DNA of 64,000 nt from Eledone cirrhosa (lineage: Eukaryota), in assembly GCA_964016885.1 (NCBI GenBank), contig OZ024750.1:12834001-12898000 (forward strand), given 5' to 3'. Below the pieces are notes generated by a model. The model was not told where the DNA came from, made no database searches, and saw only the letters and a list, made by a program, of their open reading frames with translations. How positions within the stretch are numbered: position 1 is the stretch's first letter; each line of letters opens with the position of its first letter. The translations under genes were made by a program, and so were the position numbers. Below are positions 27,869 through 42,002 of the stretch, in pieces.

Positions 27869-28158
27869 TAGTGGAGGCATGTGGCCTAGTGGTAAGGGTG
27901 TTGGACTTACAATCCTAATGTCGTGCGTTCGATTCCTGGGTCGTGTGTTGGGTTCTTGAGCAAAACACCTCATTTCACGTTGCTCCAGTATACTCAGCTG
28001 AAAATGAGTACCAGCAATAGTTAGGGATTCAACCCTGTGATGGACAGGCATCCTACCAGGGGGAAGTCTTGTACTCTCAGTCGCTTCACGCTATGAAACC
28101 AGGATAAGCACTGACCAAATGAGCCTTCTGGCTTAAGACAGACTTTAGACATTTTAGA
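27869..28158 (+). mobile_element. tRNA-derived SINE family B with a 12-bp target-site duplication
   Basis: A box tggcctagtggta, B box gttcgattcc. ccttaacttaca at 27857-27868 and 28159-28170. Relatives at ~2541, 11740, 33310, 41690(-), 42790, 49540. Confidence 0.9.
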
Positions 28159-29750
28159 CCTTAACTTACACCAGACCACAGTTAAACCATCACTGTATAT
28201 ATAGATATATAGATGGTGGATGGTTCCATGTTTTGTTCTTCTTGTTTCTAGTTATCAGTAGCAGACAGGATCCATCCTTACGGGGTCTATAAAATAAAGT
28301 ACCAGTAATACACTGAGATAATTGCTGGCCTTGTGCCAAAAGTAGAAACAATTATAAAATAATTGTTTCTAGGTTTGGCACAAGGCCAGCAATTTGAAGG
28401 GAAGATGGGGAGGGAAAGTTGATTAAATCAACACCAGTGCATTACTGGTACTTTATTTTTTCGACTCTGTAAGGCTGAAAGGCAAAGCTAACCTCGGTGA
28501 GATTTGAACTCAAAACGTAAAGGGACATAATTATATGTCACAAAGTATGTTGTCCAATGCTCTACCGATTAATGCCAATTCTTCTAATAACATTGCTTTC
28601 TGATTTAGGCAGAACGTCAACAATTTAGGGAGAGGGGAATGTTGATTAAATCACCCCCAGTGCATTACTGGTACTTTATTTTATTGACTCCATAAAGGAT
28701 GAAAGGCAAAGCTAAGATCGACGGGATTTGAACTCAAAATGTAAAGGGACATAACTATATACCACAAAGTATGTTGTTTACCGCTCTACCAATTACTACT
28801 AATCCTCTACCCTGAATCTATTATATAATAATTGTTTCTACTTTTGGCACAAGGCCAGCAATTACCCCAGTGTATTACTGGTACTTTATTTTATCGACCC
28901 CGTAAGGATGAAAAGCAAAGTTAACCTCGGCAGGATTTGAACTCAGACCATAAAGGGCCGTAAGTCTTTGCTGCAAAGCATGGCGTCCGACCCTCTACCA
29001 ATACTGCCAATCCACCACCTTAATAACAACAAGAAACCTAATATAATGCTTAGCTGCTAAATTCTGTTACCATCCTGTTGTTTAAATAACTCTTCCATTA
29101 TATACCAGATTCTTGCCTGCATCACAGAGCCAGCAACTAGCAAGTCTGTAATATTATACAGCCTGTGTAGGTAGCATAACATAGATGATATTAGGTGACA
29201 GGCATAGATTTCTCTTTTACATACATACATACACATATTCATACACATATTCATACACATATTCATACACATACCTATACGTACACACATATAGATAGAT
29301 AGGTAAATAAATACATATTTATATACATAAAATCATACACACATACACATACATATATATATATATGCATACATACATTCATAAACATACCTATACATAC
29401 ACACATATAGATAGGTAGATAGATAAATACATACATACATACACACACACATATACACACACTCACAGACATAAACACATAGATATATAGACAGCTAGGT
29501 ACATACATATATACACCCACATACACATAGATAGACAGCTAGGTACATACATATATACACCCATACAGACTTTTCCAAACAAGTGTATCTTTTTAAAAAT
29601 ATATAGATAAATAGCTTCCAAACCACCTTATAATATATTTAAGATAACAAAGAGAGCCTGTTTTATAAATAAAAGTAATGTTAAAAGATTTAGCAAACTA
29701 TTTTTACACAACTTGCTCCAATAGAGATAAGGAGATAGAAGAAATATTAC

Positions 29751-29796
29751 GTTTCTGTGTCTAAATCTTCTTTTTTCTTTCTTCGATGACGCACTT
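29751..29796 (-). CDS. Linker exon
   Basis: ttttccag|AA to AC|gtaata. Encodes VRHRRKKKEDLDTE. Its phase 1-2 is needed to join the flanking exons in frame. Confidence 0.85.
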
Positions 29797-30602
29797 CTGG
29801 AAAATTTCATGTGGAAAAGAATTAAAAAAAAAATTAAGATTAAAAATTAAAAAAAAAAAAAAAATAAACCAAATTATTTTAATCCTTTAATGTTCAAACC
29901 GGCCCAAACCGGCCAGAATTCTCTACCTCTTTCTGTTGAAACTGGCTGTAACCGGTCGCTCAAACTGATGTTAAGGTATTATTCTCCAAATAAATACTTT
30001 CAAAATCTCATAGATTTGATATTATGTGAGATAATACCATGAAAATATAACAGTATATATAGAGTAATGTAAATGCTAAAGGGATAAAGGATTCATCATT
30101 ATAAGACAAGGTATTGTATTCATGAATGTTTACATTGAAAATTAAATGATAATTTATAATTAAGCTAAATACTAAAACAATGTGTCCAGAAAGTTCTATT
30201 TGATTTTGGTAAAAGTTATTAGACGATTGATGATTAAAAGCCAAGTTATAAACTCAATTTTCAATATCTCATTATTTGTATTAGTATAATTGAACTCTAA
30301 AAAGAAGAGTTGAGTAGATCTATAATTTTAATTATTTGGAGTTTAAAGTTGTGAATTAAATACATTGGTTAAATTTAATTGACACTCACACACAAATATA
30401 TATATATATATACATACATATGTGTAGACAGATACAGATAGAGATAATGTGCATCATGTATACACATATGTATACACACATGTATATACATACACACACA
30501 CATCATCATCATCGTTTATATATATATATAAGATATTAAATAGTAATGTTTATGATGATACATACATACTTCCCCCTCCCCACACACACCCGCGCACGCA
30601 CG

Positions 30603-30663
<61 letters not shown>

Positions 30664-31579
30664 TTACATGCCAACACAAGAGCAAGAATGAGGGGCTCAT
30701 TCTATTGACATGGCTTTAAAAATGAGTCTGTTTGCATAATTGCAAATGAACTGAATATTATTATTAATATTCAAAAAACTCAGATTACATTTATATATAT
30801 ATATATATATATAACAAAATACACTCCGTCCCACCACCACCACCCCCACCCCATCCACACCACCCCGTTCTATGTAAAGTTATGTTGGTGCCGCGCCATC
30901 GAGGCCGAAACAAATGAGATCGTGTAGGTGTCACGACAAAAAAACACACAGTCCACGCTGTAATGTGGCCGTGTAGGCAACACGGTAAAAACCTCCCAGA
31001 CCCACACTGTAAATGTGGTTGGTGTTAGGAAGGGCATCCAGCTGTAGAAAACCTGCCAGACAGTCCTATGCGAGCAAGACAATCACTCTTGCCTCAAGTG
31101 GGACTACCCCCGTCCAAACCCATGCAAGCGTGGAACACGGACGTTAAACGTTGATGATGATGATGATTGATGATGATATATATATATCATCATCATCATT
31201 ATGATCACTGTTAAAAGTCTGTTTTCCAAGATTGCGTGGTTTGGAAAGGTTGGCATCTCCCAAGCCTGGACTGGACAGGTGGCCATGTCTTGCTTGTATG
31301 TTCCGTTTTGTTGTGTTTGTTTTTCTTCTATTGCTGGATACCCTTTCTAATGCCAACCACTTAGGAGTATGTTCTTCAAGCATTTTCTTGTGACTCCGGC
31401 ATAAATACACACACACACACACACACACACACTCACTCAGACAGACACACATATAAACACACACATACACACTCACACACACACACACATGTATTAAACT
31501 CAGAAATAATAAACCAAATAAATGCATCACTCCTGCTAAAAACTGAAAGTAAATGTTTTTTGTTTATAAACCAACTTAC

Positions 31580-31752
31580 CTTGAATATCAAGACTTGAAG
31601 TGGTGTTGGTAGTTCCATATTTATTTGTGGCCTTACATGAATATTTACCAGCATCTGATACATCCAGGTCAGTAAGAAACAATGAGGAAACATCCCCACT
31701 GTAAGAAACATGTGACCGCCGGCTAGATTTAATTTCACTGCTACTTTTGTAC
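31580..31752 (-). CDS. Post-kinase Ig1, C-terminal half (follows a 16.3-kb intron)
   Basis: ctgaccttaacag|G TAC, phase 2-1. Encodes YKSSSEIKSSRRSHVSYSGDVSSLFLTDLDVSDAGKYSCKATNKYGTTNTTSSLDIQ. Confidence 0.92.
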
Positions 31753-33429
31753 CTGTTAAGGTCAGAAAGAATGGAACTCATATAAGGTCGAGATCTTTTC
31801 AAGTAATCCATGGTTGTTGTGGTGTCTAAAATGAATTTGATTATATGAGAGGAGGGTGGTGTGAATTTCTAACTCAACAGGTAGGTCTGAGCAGTGGTTC
31901 CAATACAAATGTGGTTTTTAAGTTTTTTTTTCTTCTGCATTTAAAGCCCACTGCACCGAGTATAAAAATATATTTACAATTCCTTGAAGTTTATTGTATT
32001 GGCAGCAAATTATTAAAAAACTTTCAATTCAATTTTTTTTTCTTTACATTTAGTTGTACTGACAGGGCTTTTGTTTTTGTTGTTGTTTGTTTTTAACTTG
32101 AAGAAAGTTTTTAACTAAGTTCAGAATGGTTGTTGAAGCTGCTCATGCCACTGCCACTGCTGCTGCTGCTGCTGCTGCTGGCCCATCTCAACTAGCTGTG
32201 ATGTTTTCTTGGTGCTACCCACTGCTGTTCTCACAGATGAAAGATGGTATTCATGAAGGTGGGAGTTACCTCAGCAAGCACAAGTGGCATATAACTATTT
32301 TATTTCCAACAATCATTAGTAACACCAAGCAACAACCCCCCCCCCATCCCCCACACACATACACACATACATGCATGCATACACACACATACTAAGTTAC
32401 TAATACACTGCTACTCATCTGATTAGTTAGTATATAAGCAGCAGTAGTATTTGCAAGACCAGACCCAGGAATATTTATTTATAAACAGCTGATAGGTAGC
32501 TTGATTTTAAGCTGTATATTTTTCTCAGTTCATCTTACTCTGTGTTGTCATAGCAACTGAGATAAAATTATCCCAGAAAAGGCAGCAGAATTTTGGCAGA
32601 AGTGCAAGAATAAAAGATAATACAGGTAATACCTGAAATTTGACACCGAATAGTTCATACATCATCTACAGTCTGGGGCTGCTACTGATAGTCCAATTTT
32701 TTGTTTTGTTTTCTAGAAATATTACGCAGCTACTTCCAAAGAAAGCTTTTTACTTTGATACTATTTTTGTAGTTTTTAGAGGTATCAGCAATCAATACCT
32801 TTCAAGCTGAATCAGTAGCCAGTAACATCTCATAGTAGTTAGTCTTAGAAGATTTTACTTTTACTTACTTTTATGAAAGACTCTTATCAAATGATAGCTT
32901 TAGTTTATTAGTAGTAGTTATATTTTGATTACTAACACTTTTTATACATAATCTTTAGTGTTTTACATTATTTAAATCTTAGATTTGCAAATATTTTTAT
33001 AGATGAAACATTATACATTCTCAAATATTTTCAACATAAAAGATGTGGTTTATAAAAATTGTTATACGTTTTTATATTTAAGTTGTTAGATATATTTCAA
33101 CTTAAATTCTTCTAAATATTTGAAGGAAATAAATATTTACCATATTTTATTTCTTTCATTTCTTCTCATTCTGTTTTAATATCCAATATTTTATAATGGA
33201 TAAGTTTTAAAGACATTACAGGTGAATTAAACAATTCCTATTTTATTTGTAAAATTTTATTGTACCCTCTGGTAAAGAAACTCTCAACATTTCATTTCAC
33301 TTAACTCTAAAGGCATGTAGTTTAGTGACTAGGGAGTTGGATTCACAATCGTGAGGTTGGGAGTTTGATTCCCAGACCAAGCAATGCATTATATTGTTGA
33401 GCAAGACACTTTATTTCATGTTTCTTCTA

Positions 33430-33680
33430 CCTGTGCCCAGGTACTATAAGGTGTGGTAGTGATGGGGACCTCATAATCACATAGCAAACTCTTAAACAAC
33501 TAAACCATAGCTGTGTCCAGGTACTATAAGATGTGGTAGTGATGGGTATCTCATAATTAATTATATAGCAAACTGCAAAACAACTAGGCCATAGCTGTGT
33601 CCAGGTACTACAAGATATGGTAGTGATGGGGACCTCATGATTATATAGCAAACACCTAAACAACTAGGCCATAGCTGTGT
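33430..33680. repeat. ~80-bp tandem repeat, 3 copies
   Basis: ctgtgtccaggtacta.aag.t.tggtagtgatggg...aaacaacta occurs three times. Confidence 0.85.
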
Positions 33681-36329
33681 GCACAAATGGTAGTTTTAAT
33701 TAAATCTGATGAATTTATAGAACTTAAAAAAAGAAAGCCATTAGAATAAAACAATGTTTGTGAAGATGAAGAGTCAACATGTTAAAGCTTGTTATTAGAG
33801 CAGTCAGTATGAAAAAGATTTACAAGTGTTACAGCTGATGGAAAAAGACATTTGGAAAGCTAGCTAGAATTGGCAATATCAAAGAAAATGATTAGTCTTT
33901 ATGTTAGAAAAAAAAACAATTTACAGAAATGTTTCATTTGTCATCAAAATATAAATATAAAAAATAGAAATTATTGTTTTATTTCAATATATTTCTCATT
34001 CTAATTTATTTTCTATTCTTTTTGTTTTCTGTTAGCAGTGCCATGATTGTCGTTAGTTTAGAATCGGTGAACAGATTTTTTGGAACTTTTAATATATTTT
34101 TTAAAGTTTTCAAACATGAAATAATGTTAAAAAATTCACAAGTTCTTAAAATGGATGATAATGATCTTCTTGATAATACTTTTATTTAGATTATTTTATC
34201 AAAAGTGGTTTTAAATTTCATGATTCCATGAGTAAAAAGCCCAGAAATTAAAAACTAGAAAAAAAAAAAAAAAATTCAATATTTATTGAAATTTATGATT
34301 CCATATAAGTTTTTTGGATAATATTTTTCTGGTTGTGATATTATGGATGAGAAAGCAACTGGGTTTGTTGCCTACATGGCAGTGTGCATTGATCAGATAC
34401 ACAAGAAGGATATTCACTACAAGAACATCTGTTACCACACACAGAGAGGTAGTGATAGCTACTATGACTGTAACAGATTCTTTAACTCTTTCATGACTGT
34501 ATTTCTAATGAAACATACTCAGTTTTAATTGATTAATGAAGAATTTTGAGGGATTTACTAAAATTATTAATTATTTGACTACTAAGATAATAACTTAAGG
34601 TAAATCTCTTATATAAAATTATGTTGAAAGATTTTAATTTAAATTGGAAACTTTTAAAATGGGTGGTTTTATTTCATAGAACCAGAATCAATTTTGTCGG
34701 GGTTAGTAGCTAAAAAGGGTTAAAATGTCCCAAGGAGAAGACAAAATCATTCACAAAATTGTCAGAGGCCATCTGTCGAATGAACGCAATTGACATAGAG
34801 CAGACTCTAGATATATGTAAGAGATTCAGATATTCTTGTCAATGTTTTTTTTTTCAATATCAACATTTTATTTACATAAATATTTCATGTAATAAACAGG
34901 AATAGAGAAGTATTTAAAGGCACCATGGGAGACATTCTCTTGTTATATCCAATGACTATTTGCTATTGAAATGATCCTATTGCATGACAAATACCCTAAA
35001 CACACCACACATTTAGTAAAGCAGTTTATTTCTGATATGAAAACAAATTCGACTTGCTAAATCCCCAGATTAACCATTGTGTCATGACAGTTAATATTAA
35101 CTATTTGTTCAGAGTATTGGAATAATCATGAGAACAAATTCCTATTTGAAATTTCCAGTGCTTGACTAAGTGCTTGACACAGAATGTGTAATGCTATTTA
35201 GGGATATCACACTGGACACTGATCCGTGTTTATCATTATTGTTTTTATAATAAGGCTCTCACTTCTGGTTCTGAATACATGACACCTTGAATTCTACACA
35301 CAGAATCAAAACTGAAGTGGATTGAAATAAAACAAACATGTTTCAGCATATAACTAATAAAAGATCGAGAATTTTTAAAAAGCCAGAACAACGCTGTAGA
35401 AAAATAAAGTAATATTTTACCCAGTATAAAACATTTTATTATATTTTATTTGTCATCATTTTCCTTTCATACATTTCTACTACATTGTACCGACTTTTTG
35501 AAAATGATCAGTCTTTTATTACATATTCACAATGCTTCATATTAACCATACTACTTTATATAACTAATTGTTTTTGAGGGTGGTGGTATTTTTTTTTTAA
35601 TAGAATATTTAATGGTGGATTAAATAATTTGAGTTTAGTCCATTCATTCACTTAATTAGACATACAATTATACAAGTTATAATAATTCTGCTCAGTGATT
35701 TTAAACTTATGATAGCTGCTGTATATTTCTCAGAATTGTAAAAGACATTAAATGTTACCCTCTGCTGAAAGATTCTTCTAATGTATTATAGGCTTTGGAT
35801 TTGGCAGCAAATAAAAATGAATTTGAATAGAATATTGAAGATCTATGGCAGTGGGAGGGGTTTGGGGTGGTTGTATAAGTTTATCTCATCTTACACACAA
35901 ACTGGGATCATTTTCTCATTTAAAATACATTCTCCAACTACGATAGATTACATGAAGATTGAGTTACATTTTTCTGAACTAAGACAGAAGAGAAAGTTTC
36001 TCACGTGAATACCCTTTACCATGCTACCAAATTATTCAACGTAGAAAGTTCCAACACACACAGACACTTTCTTTATATACATTAACAATTACTAGACATT
36101 CTGATAAGTAGAAAATATTTCAGATGTTCAATAAACATGTGCAAAATAAAACAACATAAACAGACACACAATAAAATGATGAATGATCTGTGTGGTCCTT
36201 ATGAAGAACTTTATATGTTTTATTGGTTTGATCAAAAGAGAGAGAGGGAGGGGCAAGCAAAAGTCAGGGTAGCATCCCAACACTTGGCTGTACCAGTTGC
36301 AGGAACTTCATTGATTGATTAAGTAAAGA

Positions 36330-36500
36330 TCATGAATAACAAAGATGGACAATAGACAGGAATTGAGAGGTTTGTGTCTCAGAGAGGAATAGAATGTGTG
36401 GTTCACGTGTTAGTAAGAGGTGATATATGAGGTCTAGGTTGGATTGGAGTTCAAGGATGCTAGAAAAAAAGTGGGGAGAATTGTTGAGTGGGTATAGATT
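36330..36500 (-). mobile_element. LINE apurinic-type endonuclease N-terminal remnant
   Basis: LQSNLDLIYHLLLTREPHILFLSETQ resembles the start of a CR1/L2/Jockey-type APE domain. Confidence 0.6.
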
Positions 36501-39214
36501 TAGGTTTTGATATCTAGAGAAAAAGAGCAATGGGGACCAGAAATATCATGAGATCCTGGCAATCTCTCCTGCCTGTTCTGTATACTTACAACAGAGAGAA
36601 CTTTGCTAATGGCATCCATGAGCCGGTTAATGGTGTTAAACCAGGCAGCATGATATGTCTACCACTAAAATGGAAGAAAGATGGGCTTTATGCCATATAC
36701 CACTCTTAAAGTACTATATTAACAAACAAAAGAAATAATAATACTGCCAAATTGATTTAACCTTTACAGATGTTTACTTTATACCAATGTGAATAGATTA
36801 GGGTTTCGAAAATTCGATCATTTGCATATTGTTTTAGCAATGTTCTTACAGCTGGATGTTTTTTTAAGACTGACTCCTTTACTAAGAAGAGTTTAACCTG
36901 TTTTATCTCAGAAAATCAGGTCAAATATCTTTGAATATCTTGTGAGGCACAACACAGACTCTATGACTTTATATCTATTACATCTAATAAGTCAGCAGAG
37001 AAAATATTAAAATATTTTACACATTAAAAATATTCAATCAAACTAACCTCAAGCTGCTGATTGATATATGTGTGTCTAAACAGGCAGGTTATTTCTGATA
37101 GATTATAAAAATCTCTAATGGTGTAAGTATGGAAACAAAGTGAACCATATGGATGTTTTTTTAACGCAGATCACAAATAGTTGAATTATATAAAGAGAAT
37201 TAAGGACAGCCCATATATAATGATCATGCAAGAATTTAGTGATGAGCTACAGAAAGGTATTTGTGAGTAAACATGAGGTTAGGCTCATAATATTTAATGA
37301 ATAACTATAAAGAAGAGTAAAAAAGACCCAGGATAATATAAAATACATAAACCTGTCAGGTCAGTTATTTGATTTTCCAAGAAAACATTAACTGGTCATA
37401 AATACATAGTTTCTAACATAGCCACAAGGCCAGATATTTGTTCAGGGAGGGGAAAATCAATTATAGCAGGACCACTATAAATATCTTAATCTTAAGATAT
37501 TCATAGCGAGACCCTAGTATGTGTATTATACATAAACATATCATATATGCCTTCATATAGACTCCTCTTATGAACCACGCTATGTTAGTGCTGCTGCTAA
37601 TTAATCATAGTCAAGTTCATACTATATGCAAATGAGCATCTTCACCCAATGTTTCAGATGCAAAAAAGTATATAAGCTATATCTAAAGCTTGCCTCAAGA
37701 CTGAATGAGTAAATTTCACTGATTATGTATAAACATCCAGAAATGCATGTCTGACATTCTCATTAAGCTGAGACATGATCACTGCTTAAAATATTTATAG
37801 TGAGACTTATATATGATTATTGTACATAAACACATAATATACACCTTTATATACATTGCTATTAATATCAAATATTGTATAGATTTCCAAAATATGTATT
37901 GGAATTGTAAAAAAATGGAAAACATTGAACGAACATGAAGGCAGTGAAAGCTAATTTAAATAATTATTTCTAATGTTTTGGGTGTGTATATAGTGAAAGA
38001 AACTTGGAAAGTAAATGATTACAATATACAGTTACATGTTTTCTAATTTAGATATAACATTTAATATATTTTGTAACTGTAATCTTAAATAGATTCATGA
38101 AAATAGAAACCATTGCAGAAGTACCAGGTTTAGAGGTATTGGATGAGTGTCTACAGAGATCACTTGTTATGCTTAGATGAAAGAGGATTTATGGTTGGAT
38201 AGATGAAGAGAGATTTTCAGAGGTATGTAAGTGTTAGAAGAATTTGTTGGATACACAAAGACTAGATTGGTTTCAAAGAGAAAATCATATGTGCTTGCAG
38301 CAATACAGAGTTGAGTGGTGAGTAGGAAGAGCTATCTAAATTAAAAGCAGATCAGAATACATAAATACACTTGTTAAAGCAAATAAATTTGTTGGTTGTG
38401 TTTTACAAAAGTCTTTTTTTGCTTCCTTGATCATGTGTTTACACAAGCTGGAATTGGATGCAAAAATAAAACAAAATATAATTTGTTTGCTGTTTTGTTG
38501 TTATTAACCCCATGTAAGCTCTTATCTTATGACCAAAAAATATTTCAACCATGATCATTGTGTTATTTTTCAGGTGTAGTATATCTAAGACTATATTTCC
38601 CAATGTGTTCTTTTTTTTTAAGATGGTAATTGGGATTTGAGAAACATTAATTAGCATGCTATTTCTAGTAAGTCAAACAACTGTGTAAAAACCCCCACTC
38701 CATCCATGCCATTCCACTTGTTGGCTCAAAACCTCGGTTGGTTTCATTGGAAAATGATATTCTTCTTTGAACAGCAGCTTAACAAATATTAGAGAACCAT
38801 TTGAGAGAAGGAAGATTATGGCTTTTGAAGAATTGTATGATATCTAGCAACATTTTAAGAACATGGAGAATTATGAAAATGAATTCTATATATCAAGATA
38901 ACTTTGTTGTGATTAATATAAAGACCTTGCTGTAAATGTAAAAGGTTGAAATATCTGGCCAATATCTTAATCTTGCAAAAGCAAACTAATCATCATAGAA
39001 CAAAGAATTAATCATAAATAAGCTCAGAAGATGATACAAATGTATGAATGACAAAATAAGTTTTAAAGAAAAGAAGCCAATCTGAGGGAATTAATGTTTA
39101 TGCATAGGTTAAAGATCACTTATGGTGTGGTGAACATATACATACATATACACTAGGTCTGAACACAATGGAATCAAATTCCCACTGTCACTGCCTCCAT
39201 CAGTCCCACTCTCC

Positions 39215-39520
39215 TCATCTCTCACTATTATGAGCAAGTGGGGGCCAATGTGCTGGCTGCCCCATGGCCCCAGCAGACAGAATAGAGAAGGTGTTTCCTT
39301 GGAAGATAGTGAGGGAGATGCACTGGAAGAGCAATTCCAGCTCGCAAGGCTCACACCTGCGGGTGGCCAGCTCTGTGCCAATGGTGGTGAGTTGGGAGGT
39401 GGTCCTAGGGCCAAGGACACTAAAAGTCTCTACTGCTATAGGCTCAACCACAAACCTGTCAGAGGGCGGCCGATAAATGGTGAGTTTACCCTCCTTGACC
39501 CAAAGTGCAGCAGAGCTTAG
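39215..39520 (-). mobile_element. Remnant of an RLE-type (CRE-like) non-LTR retrotransposon C-terminus
   Basis: ORF ...RFVVEPIAVETFSVLGP...IG...LLFQCISLTIFQGNTFSIL resembles the P.A.ET.G..G / L.Q.IS..IQ.GNA pattern of CRE-like restriction-like endonuclease tails (recalled, not searched). Confidence 0.7.
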
Positions 39521-40892
39521 GTTAGTCGTTTTTTGCAAATTTCAGCACCAGTCATGTCAGTTTGGGAGAAGTAAAAGATCCATTGAAATCACTGAGAATG
39601 ATGACTTATGGGGGATATTATGAGATACATATTCTCTGTGAGTGACAGGAGATAATTAAAAAGTGGATGCAGGAATTCTGAATGTAGAAAAGATTGCTGA
39701 AGAATTTAGATGAATGGGGAAGAAATATTTTGAGCTAGAAATGATGGAAGTCATTGTTGCAGAAATTTAGCTGAGAGAAAAGAGCAGGAATTCCTACATA
39801 CACACATACATTGCAAAGTCATAATGTAATGTTATTGTCTTTCTTTTTATTTGGTTTTGACAGGAGTTTCGACTATGGCCTTTATAAACTCTCTGAAACC
39901 AATGAAATTGATGTTGTTAACTTTCCTCTTGAACAGTTGCTGTGAATGACTGTAGGAAAAAGGAAAAACATGTGCAGAAGAGGAATTACAGGGAGCCTAT
40001 GTTCTGAGGAGAGAGAACTAACTGGACATAGTGATTAGTGAATGGCCTGGAAAGTGGATAAAATATGGATAATTATAAGAAAAGATCCAAGTGAGTCAGA
40101 AATTCTTGAGGGGTTGTGGCTTGGGACCAGTCAACTCTAAAGAGCAGATGACACTGTAGTATTGGTAGGAAGGGAAAAGGCAGAAAGAAAACAATATTTC
40201 AGTAGGCTGGAGTAGAGGACAAGAGAAGAAGAGGGCTAGAGAGAGAGAGGGTGGGGGGGGGGGGGGGGTGATGTGCTGTAAGCTGTAGAGTGTTGCCTGG
40301 ACAACAGAGGATAATTCAAAACTTGTTTTAAAGAGGATTTAAAACTTATGTTTTAAACAGGATTTGTGGTTTGTGTGTGTTTATCGGAGGTGGAGATTGT
40401 TGGATCAATGGCTGCCATTGTCTATAATGAGAGCAGATATGGTGTAACTGGTCAGAGACTTTAACAAATATTTGTGTATCAGCAAACTTAGATTGGTAAT
40501 GGTAGAATGGATAATGACAAAAAAGCCATTCTATAATTAAAACATAGTAAAGATTGTGTGTTCAGAGCTAAAAAGAAAATAGAAAAAAAGTAGTGGCTTA
40601 CAGTTTCAATAATAAAAGATTCTAGGTTTACAAAATTCTACATTCTAGACCACAATAAAAGAAATGTCCAACCGTGACATCAAGCTGCTAATAAGCAGCA
40701 ATAGATTGACAATAATGAGATATGACTTAAAACATATTGTTAGACTGGTGACTGCATGGAACGGAGTAGAAGACTAACGAGGGTTGTTAATAATTCCTCC
40801 TTATCTATTGTGTAATATCTGTATGTTGGCAACAGCTACTCTATTCACAAGAATACTTATATATATATATACATCCATTCACACACACACAC

Positions 40893-40923
<31 letters not shown>

Positions 40924-41971
40924 ATGGAAATATGACAAAGAAATGAAATAAATGATGATGTGTGCATGAAAGATAGTAGAGAAAGCTATAAGTTAACATT
41001 GGCAGATATTATAACAAACAGAAGATCATATTACTACTGGTTTGTGATGTTGAAACTAAGGCAACAAGAAAGTAAATAAACAAAACCTTACTGCCATTTT
41101 ATAAAGTACAACAGGTTTCAGCAGACACAGTCACAGATGTTAAAGAAGTGCACTCTATCCAGACAAGTGGTGACTATTACAATATGAACGAAATGATTAG
41201 GTGAAAAGATGAGATGATAATTATGATAAAATGAAAATTATTGTGTACAGTGCTCAGGTGCACTACAACTCATCAAAGGTGCATGTATAGCACATTGAAT
41301 AATGTACAAATGTCAGGAAAGTGAACAGTGTATATATAAGCCATGATATACACACGAACACACAAACACACATGCCTAGAGGTTCAATGCCCATGACACT
41401 GGACAGCAAACTGACTTGAAAACTAAACTAGATTGAAACAAAATGAGTCAATACAAGTCAGAAAACAAATATTGTTTTCAAAGATAATGTAGAAAGACAT
41501 TGACATAAGACACATAGAACAAACATTTAGTGAAATGGTGAAACATATCTGTTAATTAATGATTATTCCTGCAAACAAATGGCAAACCTCTGACAACAAA
41601 AACATGAATTATAAGCCAGTTTCTCATTATAGATTTCTGACAAAGGGCTTTTTGACCTGAAATATTATTTTTTAAAAATCTAAAATCCATCTCGAGACAG
41701 TGCTTATTCTAGTTTCCATGGCGTGAAGTGACTGAGAGTGCAAGACTTTCCCCTGGACAGGACACCTGTCCATCACAGGGTTAAACCCCCAGCTATTGCT
41801 GGCACTTATTTTCAGCTAAGTATACTGGAGCAACATAAAATGAAGTGCTTTGCTCAAGAACACAACACACAACCCAGTCCAGGAATCCAACCAACGATAT
41901 TATGATCGTAAGTCTAACACCCTTATCACTAGGCCAGGTAAACAAAATAACAGGTGACACACCAACATTAC

Positions 41972-42002
41972 CTTCAAATTTATTCCAGAAACTATCGACC
42001 AT
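41972..42002 (-). CDS. Candidate alternative first coding exon of a short isoform
   Basis: CAAAATGG start context. Encodes MVDSFWNKFE then a strong AAG|gtaatg donor in phase 1, compatible with acceptors at 31825 or 29796. TATATAAAG at 42036-42044. Confidence 0.4.

Noticed and set aside
41092-41173. AAAATGGCA|gtaagg as an alternative start exon
   Set aside because: A phase-0 donor fits neither acceptor of the next exon (phase 1 or 2), and all three frames of the longer candidate contain stops.
41637-41668. Hammerhead-like ctgacaaagggc...cctgaaatatt; also ctgatga at ~54427
   Set aside because: Core and stems are too degenerate to support.
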